This document shows, piece by piece, positions 13,053-25,113 of a DNA stretch of 64,000 nucleotides; the stretch's first letter is position 1, and each line of letters begins with the position of its first letter. The position numbers and the translations under genes are program-made. The notes under the pieces were generated by a model. It saw only the letters and a program-made list of their open reading frames with translations, searched no databases and had not been told where the DNA came from. Origin of the DNA: Octopus sinensis (taxonomy: Eukaryota); contig NC_042997.1 in NCBI RefSeq assembly GCF_006345805.1, forward strand, positions 108,686,001-108,750,000. Direction: 5' to 3'.

Positions 13053-13744
13053 CGTATGTATGTATGTATGCATGTATGCATGCATGTATGTATGCATGTA
13101 TGCATGTATGTATGTATGTATGTATGTATGTATGTATGTATTATGTATGTATGTATGTATGTATGTGTATCTATGTATGTATGTATGTATGTATGTATGC
13201 ATTTATGTATGTATGCATGCATGTATGCATGTATGTATGTATGCATGTATGTATGTATGTATGTATGTATGTATGCATGTATGTTTGTATGCATGCATGT
13301 ATGCATCTATATATGTATGTATGTATGCATGTACGTATGTATGTATGCATGCATGTATGTATGTGTAGTGCCGCTCTTGGTTGTGCCACTAAAGTAATAC
13401 TAAACACTGAACTGTTCCTTTAGGCTGGATTATTGCCTACAGATTTAGTTCTCTGATTCAGTTGTGCTGTGTATTTGAGCCGTTGTGGCATGTAATTGTG
13501 TCATATCAGAATAGTTCTTGCCCACAAAATATCAACAGAAAGGAAAACAAACGGGGCTTCTTATTTTGAGGGCCGGTCACAATCTTCAAGCAAAAGCCTT
13601 CTCTGGATGCTGGGAGACTGACTAAAAGATTTATACCGGATCAGAAGTTGATGGCGTGATGTCTACAGAGGGATGAGAGAAAACATTCAATCAATTAGAA
13701 GTGATGAATTGATTTATCGAAGAGAAATCAAGGAGAGTAATCAG

Positions 13745-14224
13745 TGTATGTATGCATGTATGCATGTATGTATGTATGTATGTATGTATGTATGTATGTA
13801 TGTATGTATGTATGTATGTATGTATGTATGTATGTATGTATGTAGTGTATGTATGTATGTATGTATGTCATGCATGCATGCATGCATGCATGCATGTATG
13901 TATGTAATGTATGTATGTATGTATGTATGTATGCATCATGTATGTATGCATGCATGCATGCAGTATGTATGTAGGTATGTATGTATGTATGTAATGTATG
14001 CATGCATGTATGTATGTATGCATGTATGTAATGTATCGGTGTATGCATGTATGTATGCATGCATGCATGTATGCTTGTATGTATGCATGTATGCATGTAT
14101 GTATGTATGTATGTATGTATGTATGTATGTATGTATGTATGTATGTATGTATGTATGTTGTATGTATGTATGTATGTGTGCATGTATGTATGTATGTTGT
14201 ATGCATGCATGCATGCATGCATGC

Positions 14225-14255
<31 letters not shown>

Positions 14256-14465
14256 TGTATGTATGCATGCATGTATGTATGCATGCATGCATGCATGCAT
14301 GTATGTATGTATGTATGTATGTATGTATGTATGTATGCATGCATGTATGTATGTATGCATGTATGTATGTATGTATGCATGTATGTATGCATGCATGCAT
14401 GTATGCTTGTATGTATGCATGTATGCATGTATGTATGTATGTATGTATGTATGTATGTATGTTGT
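13745..14465. repeat. Long (TATG)n/(CATG)n tetranucleotide array (similar arrays at 12340-12640, 13055-13362, 17265-17850)
   Basis: Directly visible; source of the YVCM/HTYI pseudo-ORFs. Confidence 0.97.
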
Positions 14466-16171
14466 ACATATTCTTGCTCTGTGGCAATTTTAGTGAAGCA
14501 AGTAGAGGCGTGTGTTGTTGACGGAGAAGAAAATCTCCGTAATCACTGCTGCCAAGTTGTATTAACTTTAGCCATCATATGTTGGTCATGCGTTCTTCTA
14601 CAGGCTAAGGTATTGTAGTAAGCATGACTTACAATGATACCCAGAGAGAGGATAGGTCTGTATCGTAGGGTAGAGGTACGTCTTGACAATTAAGGGTTGT
14701 TGTTCTGGTTGTTTAACCCTGGGTTTGATCTGATCAAGCCGGCCCTTGGTCAAAGGCAATGCAACCCTATGTATCTGTCATTTTTTTGTATGCGACGGAA
14801 TACCTTACTCAGTGTACCCTTTTTTTTTGGACGCATGAGTGCGATTTTTGGGAATCTGTTGCTATTCCTTGCAAGACAAGTCATCGAATATTGATGTTGT
14901 ATTCCAATCAATCATGTCACACATAGTACAATGGACAAAGGCCATGGACATCAGTTGAGGTCATCTCAACATTCATAGTGACGTCATTGAAATGCTTGCA
15001 GTTATTTGAGGTCTGCAACAGAAATGATCTCATTTGGGAAAACTGATTCGAGGTCTCAAGTGTTCGTTTAACCAGAAGACATCCTAAATTAATATCAAAG
15101 GAATCATATATGCATGGGTAAAATAAATGACTTGGACAAAGCATTCCAAATGAGGTGAAATGTCCCTCTCTCAGTCGGAGAGAGAAAAACAAATATCTAG
15201 CGGTAATTATCAGAGACTCATCAAATAAAAGGAGGATAATCTGACCACAGGAGACAATGATAACAATGGCAGTGTTTCAGTGTTACTAAATCCATCAGCG
15301 AAATATAAAGAATCCTTCACTGAACAATAAATTCAATTGTCCAATAAAGTTTTATATATAAAAATAAATAAATTACAAATAACTTTTGTGAACTGTAATT
15401 TACATAATACAGAAAAAATTCAGCACAGGAATCTTTTTTTCGGTGGCTCGACAAGCTAATAGCAACAGACAAATGTCCTTCAAATGAAACTCTGCTATTT
15501 TAAATGATTAAATGACATATTCTATTATACGTCTCTACAAAGATACGTGTCTATAAAGGTGAGATGGTCACGACCGAAATGGTTTTCTTTCTATTCATAT
15601 TAATTCTGTGGACCTGACAGAAAAAAAAAAAAGAAACTGTTCTGATGGCTTTTGCCAGACCTTCGAGACCGATGAGGCCGACGTGGCGGATATTTTAAAC
15701 AACAGCAAGTTAATATTTGCAGGAAAAAGAAAAAAGAACGTTTGCTTGACCAGGGTAGAACAAGAGTTACACGCAGACGACCCCCCCCACCACCACCATA
15801 GCAACAACAACAACTGTTGTTAATGGTGTGAAATGTTTTAAAGAAGTTCGTTCGGTAGCACTATGGAATATTTCATTCTGTAGTTTCCCTCTTGCTGTCT
15901 ATCGTCTGATTTTTAGTTTAATGGAATTATCTAAAACAAGAACTATTCTCTAACATAGAATTATTGAAGTGGAAACGTAAATGACCTGAAGACAATGCTA
16001 TATATATAGACTGGTACATCGGACAGTTTCATGTGTGTGCATGTGTGTGTATGACTTACACACATGCACACACATATATAAATACTTACATGAATACATA
16101 TGTACGTACATTACTTACATAGATGTATACAAACATAAGTACACACACACTCATATATAAACATATGTTAA

Positions 16172-16206
16172 TATATACATGTACGTCCATAAATGCTAAC
16201 ACACAC

Positions 16207-16237
<31 letters not shown>

Positions 16238-16406
16238 CTTATTTATTAGAGTAATACTGTGTTTTGATGAAATACTGTCTCTCTCTCTCTATATATATAT
16301 ATACATGTACGTCCATAAATGCTATCACACACATACATATATATATATATATATACTTATTTATTTGAGTAATACTGTGTTTCGATGAAATATTGTCTAT
16401 ATATAT

Positions 16407-16452
<46 letters not shown>

Positions 16453-16575
16453 ATATGTATATATATATACATATATATATATACATGTACGTCCATAAAT
16501 GCTATCACACACATACATATATATATATATACTTATTTATTAGAGTAATATTGTGTTTTGATGAAATATTGTCTC
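16172..16575 (+). repeat. Three tandem copies of a ~100 bp unit separated by (TA)n tracts
   Basis: CATGTACGTCCATAAATGCTA...GAGTAATAyTGTGTTTyGATGAAATAyTGTCT occurs three times. Confidence 0.9.
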
Positions 16576-16640
16576 ATGTATATAAATGTTTTTAATGCTT
16601 TTAAGTGAAAACGATGCAAGTTATAGAAATTAATATAGAT

Positions 16641-16859
16641 AAGTCGATGGTTGGTAACATTACTTGGTATTTCAATATTTCGGGCTTGGACCTCTTCTTC
16701 AGGAAATCAACAACAAAAACTTGTTGACAGCTAACTCCTTCGCTTAGTATACAGAGTAGAAAAGTCATCAGTCAACACTTTTTCTCCGTAAATTACCTGA
16801 AGAAGGGCTCTAACCCTGAAATATTGAAAGACCAGGTAATAGTACCTAACCATCGACCT
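16641..16859. mobile_element. Inverted pair of ~64 bp Penelope-type terminal fragments, each with a hammerhead-like core
   Basis: 16641-16704 is the reverse complement of 16796-16859; both contain CTGAAGA-N14-GAAATATT. Confidence 0.6.
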
Positions 16860-18239
16860 GACCTGTATCTTTAATTTTAAATAAAATGTATTGCTCCAGC
16901 TTAAAAAAAAAAACAATAGCGTTTATACATATATAAAGCGAAATATGAATATGCATACACACACATATAAAACACACACACGCACACACATGTATATAGA
17001 TTTCATTTAATGTATACTGTATAAAGATAAAAGCTACATGTCTTCGCAACAAGAAAGTAGCAGTAGTTCTTACCTTTATATTCTGCATTTTAAACGATAT
17101 TTATCTTTCACTGGATGGAGTAATTTTTTTGTTGCTCTCTCTCTCTTTGTACACACACATACAGAGACAGACAGACACACACACACACACATACACATAC
17201 ACACACAGACACACACACACACATACAGATAAATGTATTTCTGATTAAGTACACATATAAATACATGTATGTAGTCATATACATTCATGCATACATGAAT
17301 GCATCACTTAACACACACTTACACACACTCATACATATAAATACATCCATCCATGCACTCATAAATATACGCACATACATTCATACATACATACATACAT
17401 ACATACATACATACATACATACATACATTAGATACATACGTACATGCATGCATACATGCATACATATATATACATACATACATGCATGCATACATGCATA
17501 CATACATACATGCATACATGCATACATGCATACATATATACATACATACATGCATGCACATGCATACATACATACATACATACATGCACACATACATACA
17601 TACACACACATACATACATACATACATACATTCATCCATCCATACATACATACATACATACATACATACCTACCTACATACATAAGATACATACATACAT
17701 GCATGCATGTATACATACATACATGCATGCATGCATACATACATACATACATACATACATACATAAATACATACATGCTTGCATGCATACATACATACAT
17801 ACATACATACATGCATACATACATGCATACATACATGCATGCTTACGAAAAGATGTAGTTAGACTCGTGAGATTAGTTTGAATGGTGCTTAAGTGCTGCA
17901 TCGTACGACTCAGACCAGACCTACTGGATATAAAGAGAGAGAAATGAGGACACCATGGATGAATTCACTAGTGAAAATATAAACGGCCAGCATTCTAAGC
18001 GTAGGTGAAGAGCTTCCGAATAATTGCCTCTGAGTACACACAGTTGTTCCATGTCAACCAAAGATAACTGGATTAATCTACTTAAGCAGAAACTCAGAAA
18101 TGAAATACTCGTCATCGAAGCAGGAAGTCAAATATGGGTTGGATCTCTTCTGCAAGGTGGGGAATCCCAATATTGACAGCAAAGGTAACGTCCTCGAAAC
18201 TTTCATTGATATGTAGTGACACTATTTTTCGAAGTTTTC

Positions 18240-18290
18240 AGCGCGCATGCGCAGAGGCCGCCGGAAGTTCCGTCATGCGTATGCGCAGAG
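18240..18290. promoter_or_regulatory. CpG-rich promoter-like element: two NRF1-type sites flanking an ETS site
   Basis: CGCGCATGCGCA (18242-18253), GCCGGAAGT (18260-18268) and TGCGTATGCGCA (18276-18287), inside about 1.1 kb without microsatellites. Confidence 0.55.
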
Positions 18291-18974
18291 ACCTGCAAAC
18301 TGAAAGCGTTTCCGCTAAATCTGTCTTTTTGAATCAGCAACCCTACCGAGAGGACGCGACCAACCTTCTCTCAGGGAAAACCCTACATATAGAGAAGCTC
18401 TCTTCTAAGCGGGAACGGGGACTGTAATTTTGGCTCACAAAAGTGAACATTTGTGAACAGTCTTGTGGACTTGGCTACCGGTTCGCCCTTAAGGAAAATA
18501 TATGTGTATATATTTTGTATTTGCGAAACCCGAAAAATAAAGTATTATTTATTGCCATTGAAGACAGTTGGATTTTGGTTCTCCCTTCGACAATTGTATG
18601 TTACAAGATAAGACAGACACCCCTCAAGTGTTCCTGAGACCTTCATCTTGTTACAGATACGTCTCGCCCAAAAGGTTATACCTTCACTGTCCAAGAACAG
18701 GAAATAAGATACTAAATACGCGATTCATAAGAGAGATTGTGAGGCATCCAGACTTGTGCGTTTTGATAGAATGTATTGATTGTGCTCCACGTCACCATCA
18801 GTTGTTCAAAGATGTCTGGAAAGTATCATTTCTTAACAAAACATCGCTTTGTTACCAAGTGTATATAAAAAGGCTTCTTCAGTTGGAGGGATTGTATGGA
18901 CGGTTATACCAAAAGTATATCAGCACCAGAACATAGTCAAAGCTTTAAAAGTAAGGAATATTACTCTTACTCTC

Positions 18975-19189
18975 TTTGCTCTTTTACTTGTTTCAGTCAT
19001 TTGACTGCAGCCATGCTGGAGCACCGCCTTTAATCGTGCAACTCGACTCCGGCACTTATTCTTTTGTAAGCCCAGTACTTATTCTTTCGGTCTCTTTTGC
19101 CGAACCGCTAAGTAACGGGGACATAAACACACCAGCACCGGTTGTCAAGCAATGCTAGGGGGACAAACACAGACGCACAAACACACACA

Positions 19190-19229
<40 letters not shown>

Positions 19230-19381
19230 TACGACGGGTTTCTTTCAGTTTCCGTCTACCAAATCCACTCACAAGGCTTTGGTCGGCCCGAGGCTATAGT
19301 AGAAGACACTTGCCCAAGGTGCCACGCAGGGGGACTGAACCCGGAACCATGTGGTTGGTAAACAAGCTACTTACTACACAC
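18975..19381 (-). mobile_element. Full-length SINE family A
   Basis: Reverse complement of the 12647-13052 structure. Confidence 0.9.
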
Positions 19382-19935
19382 TCTGTTTTTTCGTTGTTTG
19401 AAAAAAATTTCGTTTCCATGTTTTGTTTTTATATTTTAATTTCTCATTGTGTTCAACGTTTTTCATGTCCTGTACCCATATATGCAAATATATATATACA
19501 TATAGATGTAGGTATTAGTGGAATATTTCAATGAAACATCAATCCGTTGCATGCTCAACAGACTTCGGATACTGGGCGGTCGAGCAGGAGGTTTGCATAA
19601 ATTCTTGGAAAGGCTGGGTTTCTCCGAAAGGAAACAGGAAAAACGCGGAGTAGACGAAACAGAGACAACTGAAGAAGGGGAATATTCCTTGTGTTGTATG
19701 TCTTGTACTCTGTTTTTTCGTTGTTTGAAAAAAAATTTCGTTTCCATGTTTTTGTTTTTATATTTTCATTTCTTATTGTGTTCAACGTTTTTTGATGTCC
19801 TTTACCCATATATGCATGTATATATACATATAGATGTAGGTATGTGCATATATGTATGCATATATGCATATATTTATATATTATTTATATTATTATATGA
19901 TCGAATGCCACGCATCCTTTTCCAAGTAAGTTTTA
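19381..19935 (+). mobile_element. Penelope-like non-autonomous remnant with partial tandem (direct) repeat
   Basis: 19381-19514 is repeated at 19708-19842; contains GAAAC...CTGAAGAAGGGGAATATTCC; the same tail occurs at 29740-29990, 38690-38880 (minus), 47075-47330 and 48330-48430. Confidence 0.5.
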
Positions 19936-19966
19936 ACTATATATATATACATATATACACATATAT

Positions 19967-20038
<72 letters not shown>

Positions 20039-20052
20039 TTGTATATAAACGC

Positions 20053-20270
20053 AGGAGGCAGTGTTGAAAACTTCCTGGCTTTGAGTAAGAGAAAATACAT
20101 GAGGATCAGTTGATTATGATTTTATCCAACATATTTCCCTCTCAGATTTACGCACTTATTGCAGCGGTCCTTCAGTTTTCCTAATTCCAATAAAAGAACT
20201 GGGAAGGTTGGACCTCCAACCAGACCTTTCGCGATCCTCTTAAAGTCAGGAACGTTTCAGCAGTCCCTCG
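20053..20270. mobile_element. mariner-derived MITE
   Basis: Degenerate TIRs (left GGAGGCAGTGTTGAAAACTTCCTGGCTTT; right reverse complement TA-CGAGGGACTGCTGAAACGTTCCTGACTTT), TA at the right flank, no coding capacity. Confidence 0.65.
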
Positions 20271-20286
20271 TAAATACACACACACG

Positions 20287-20336
<50 letters not shown>

Positions 20337-20714
20337 ACACACAACACACATACACACACACACACACCATGTATGTAGGGCGGGTGCGTGACGGGTGTGT
20401 ATAAATATGTACAAGTATGCATATACGTGTATGTGACTGTGTGTGCAGATATGCACTTTAGTACAAAAATAATTTATATAATTCTGAAGAAATACATATG
20501 TATACATATATCTACATCCATATATATCTACGTTTCTATTAACTGCATAGTCTTATACATACATACGTACATACACACACACACATACATACGTACCTAC
20601 ATACATACACACATGCATACATACATACATACATACATACATACATACATACATACATACATACATACATACATACATACATACCTATCTACCTACCTAT
20701 GTATGTGTCTATCT

Positions 20715-20792
<78 letters not shown>

Positions 20793-21043
20793 CTATCTCT
20801 GCCTCTCTCTCTCTATCTCTGTCTCTCTCTGTACTTTTGTATTAATATACGTTAAGCAGACAATAAATAAATGAATGAGGAAATCAATAAATCAAGTAGA
20901 TGTCCCTCAGTTATGAGGAAGAGACGCGTTCAATGTTTCACACACACACATTTACATATATGTCTATATATATATATGTATATATTTTATGAACTATAAC
21001 GATGTTCGACACACATTTTACACACATATATATGCATGGATAT

Positions 21044-21081
<38 letters not shown>

Positions 21082-21441
21082 GTATATATATATGTGTGAT
21101 ATAGCGATGTTCGATTTTTTTCCTATGCGAAAAAGAAAGCGATGTGGTGACAAGATGGCCGACCTGTTTTAGAATGAGTGGAAAAGAGAAGAAAGAAATG
21201 AGACGAAGTGATTTATTGCAGTTTGAATATCAACCTAAAAACATTGTCTCCAAGAGACAGCTTCTTGTCCTCTTCAATGAACATTGATAACAAGAATGCA
21301 CTGGTGTACATATATATTCACACACCACATATATATATATATATATATTAATAAATATATATATAGATTTATACATACACACACATAATATATATATCTA
21401 TATATATATATATATATATATAGATATATATATATATGTAT

Positions 21442-21473
<32 letters not shown>

Positions 21474-21624
21474 CACATATACTCTTATTAAAAAGCAGCA
21501 AAAAACCCCACAAAAACTGTTACTCAGTTCACGTTCCCGTTTGTCGGACAGTTTTGTTTTTCCACCTTGTTTTGTATATATATATATATATATATTTGGA
21601 AAAAATATGTATGTAATATGTATG

Positions 21625-21655
<31 letters not shown>

Positions 21656-21678
21656 GTATATATGTATATATATATATG

Positions 21679-21709
<31 letters not shown>

Positions 21710-21970
21710 TGTATATATGACTTTATACATATATTCGTTTATGCGTGCGTGTGTGCGTGCATATATAAATTTATGCATCTTTTATCAATCTCATTAAATA
21801 TATATATATATATGCATATGTGTGTGTGTGTGTTTCTCTCTGTGTGTGTGTGTGTGTGTGTGCTGTGCATAACGCTAAACAAGAATAAATGAGACTACCC
21901 GTATTGCAGTATTTAAATTAATGAATCATATCGCATTTATTATAAAACTCAGTGTTAACAATAGCGACAG

Positions 21971-21989
21971 AAGCGCCACCTATATGCCG
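21971..21989. promoter_or_regulatory. Possible CTCF-type motif
   Basis: AAGCGCCACCTATATGCCG resembles the TAGCGCCMCCTRGTGGC consensus; single motif, no other support. Confidence 0.2.
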
Positions 21990-22061
21990 TATTATTCTGT
22001 AACTAAACACAACAGTTAATTCCTTATTGAAAGTTGTCTTATTCATCGTTTCATTATATAA

Positions 22062-22113
<52 letters not shown>

Positions 22114-22516
22114 GTAGAAAATACAACATGGACAAGAACGTATAACTCTTAGAAGACGATACATAACATGGACAGGACTTACCCCTCATTCTTCAGTCAA
22201 GAAAAACCGATCATCGTAGTAATTTCGGATATAATATATTATATTATAACTGCTGCATTTAATAGATGCGCAAATTTAAAACTTAATCTTATCTATCGAT
22301 CGATTTTTTTTTTCTTTCCGTTATATATTATAGATTATAAATAAATTATATCAAATATGTATTATATATAAATGCTGAGTGTAATAAATACAAATATATT
22401 ACATTGAATATGAAGTATAAAACATGGATATGATTTAATTCTCTCCTGATCCTTTGTGAAATACAATAAACTTCATACATACATACATAAATACATACAG
22501 ACGTACATACTTACAT

Positions 22517-22611
<95 letters not shown>

Positions 22612-22627
22612 TTTTATATATACGTGT

Positions 22628-23020
22628 ATATATATGTTTATATATGTGTGTGGCTGTGTGGTAAGTAGCTTGCTTACCAACCACATAGTTCCGGGTTCAG
22701 TCCTTAGGCAAGTGTCTTCTATAGCCTCGGGCCGACCAAAGCCTCGCGAGTGGATTTGGTAGACGGAAACTGAAAGAAGCCCGTCGTATATATGTATCCG
22801 TATATATATGTCTGGGTATGTTTGTGTGTCTGTTTGTTCCCCCAACATCGCTTGACAACCGATGCTGGTGTGTAACTTAGCGGTTCGGCAAAAGAGACCG
22901 AAAGAGACCGATAGAATAAGTACTAGGCTTACAAAGAATAAGTCCTGGGGTCGATTTGCTCGACTAAAGGCGGTGCTCCAGCATGGCCGCAGTCAAATGA
23001 CTGGAACAAGTAAAAGAGAG
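22628..23020 (+). mobile_element. Full-length SINE family A
   Basis: Family structure as at 12647, with small internal deletions. Confidence 0.88.
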
Positions 23021-23050
23021 TATATTCACACATATATATATATATATCAC

Positions 23051-23218
23051 AAGGTTTTCGTTGGCCCGAGGCTATAGTAGAAGACACTTGCCCAACATGC
23101 CACACAGCGGGTTCAGTCCCACTGTGTGGCATGTTGGGCAAGTGTCTTCTACTATAGCCTCGGGCCGACCAAAGCCTTGTGAGTGGATTTGGTAGACGGA
23201 AACTGAAAGAAGCCCGTC

Positions 23219-23294
<76 letters not shown>

Positions 23295-23482
23295 GTATGT
23301 TTGTGTGTCTGTTGTTTGTCCCCCTAGCATTGTGTTTACCCACCTCGCGTCACTTAGCGGTTTGACAAGAGAGACCGACAGAATAAGTACTGGGCTTACA
23401 AAGAATAAGTCCTGGGGTCCAGCTAAAGGCGGTGCTCCAGTATGGCCGCTGTCAAATGACTGAAGCAAGTAAAAGAGTAAAA
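23051..23482 (+). mobile_element. SINE family A copy with an inverted 5' end forming a palindrome
   Basis: 23063-23107 is the exact reverse complement of 23122-23166; the rest follows the family body. Confidence 0.85.
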
Positions 23483-24124
23483 AGTGTGTATACATATATA
23501 TATACATACGTGTATATATATAAAAATATGTGTGTATATATATATGCACACATTTATGCACACGCACATAGCGACATACATACACACACATATATACTTA
23601 CACACAAGCATACACTCTCATACATAAACATACACATATACATTCGTGCATGCTCACATATACACATGCATCAACTGAACGTAGAGCAACGCCATCATTT
23701 GATTCTTCCTTTAAATATGGACAGGACGGATGTGGTTTTTCACTCCTTCTCCAGACCAACACTCCCTTGCACTGACATGGCAACGATAAACCCCTCTTGC
23801 AGCAGGAGTTCAAAGAACTCCCAATCCATTCTGACATTTGCCTTCATTGCAATTCCAACCAATTTTCCGTCGAATGTTTCGTATTTTTCTCTCGGCTCTG
23901 ATCAGCTAAACTATGCAACTCATTTCATAATGGAGATTTTAAAAATCCTTTTACATTTTTGTTCATTTCAATGATGTGTGAATGGCCATCCTGGAGCACT
24001 GCTTTCAGAGTTGAATGTTTTATGTCATATACGTTTGTGTTTCTGTAGGACCAGAAAGTCCACTGTTTGTTCCATTGTTGGACGTATATGATGGCACCTT
24101 TACCTAGTGGCATCTCTATTTGAT

Positions 24125-24560
24125 GAACGCGCGCGCGCACACACACACACACACACACTCGCTCACACACACACATACTCTCTCTCTCTCTCGGTCACAC
24201 ACACACACACACACACTCTCTCTCGCTCACACACATACATACACTCTCTTACACACACATTCACAGACACACTCTCACTTTCACACACACACACTCTCTC
24301 TCTCACACATACACACGTAGACACACACTCTCCCTCTCTCACACACACACACTCTCCCTCTCTTACACCCCCCTCTCACACTCTCACACACACAGTCTCT
24401 CTCCCCTTCTCTCTCACATACACACACTCTCTCTCTCTCACACACACTTTCCCCTCTCTCTCACACACACTCTCTCTCACACACACACTCTCTCATACAC
24501 ATACACTCTCTCTCATACACACACACACACTCTCTCTCTCCACACACACGCACATGCACA
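24125..24560. repeat. Degenerate (CA)n/(CT)n compound microsatellite
   Basis: Directly visible. Confidence 0.9.
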
Positions 24561-25045
24561 CACGTCATATGATTCCTGTTCGTTTGTCGGCGTTCCGAAG
24601 AGTTGTGATGTAAGATGATGTGCTCCCGGTTGTTGAAGTGTTTGACTTCGCTTATTTCTTTCGTAAATGCTCTGTTCCGCAATCTCTGTTGAGTTCATAG
24701 AGGTACGATTTGAGTTGTTAGAAGAGCATAGGTGTGGGCCGTAGTACTACAACCTGTTCAAAACAAAGGATCGCTAGTGTGTCAACGTCACAGCTGGAGC
24801 TCCCATACAACAGAGACTCACTTCTCGACTCACTTCCCACCCACCCACTCACTGACCTCTCGACAGCTCGTCGACAGTCTTTGACCATATTTTGAAGCAT
24901 GTCTGTCTCTGCAAAGATCTTTGTCAAGGTCACGAACCTGCTTATGGGTAGTTTCCCTGCTTGGGGTTGCCGCTTGAGTGGTGCAAAGGCCTCATCCGTC
25001 AGGAGGAGTAGAGAATCGCCAACAAAAATGGTGGATTCAGTGACG

Positions 25046-25113
<68 letters not shown>

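Noticed and set aside
16172-16575. CRISPR-like array
   Set aside because: Units are about 100 bp, the spacers are (TA)n microsatellite, the context is eukaryotic and there are no cas genes.
12250-17901. Many long ORFs rich in YVCM, HTYI, YI or CV repeats (also throughout the window)
   Set aside because: They are translations of (TATG)n, (TA)n and (CA)n microsatellites, which lack stops in several frames; no coding signal.
18300-18500. Possible snRNA, SL RNA or telomerase RNA: Sm-like TAATTTTGG (18425) followed by a TCACAAA/TTTGTGA stem-loop, CAACCCTACC and an AGAG-AAG-CTCT hairpin
   Set aside because: No match to U1, U2, U4, U5, U11, U12 or U3 conserved boxes, no SL donor, and no CTAACCCTAA template; each motif is short enough to occur by chance. 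An Rfam scan would settle it.
18700-18830. mariner WVPHxL-like motif (VWMPHNLS) on the minus strand
   Set aside because: Flanking residues do not follow a mariner transposase and no TIRs were found.
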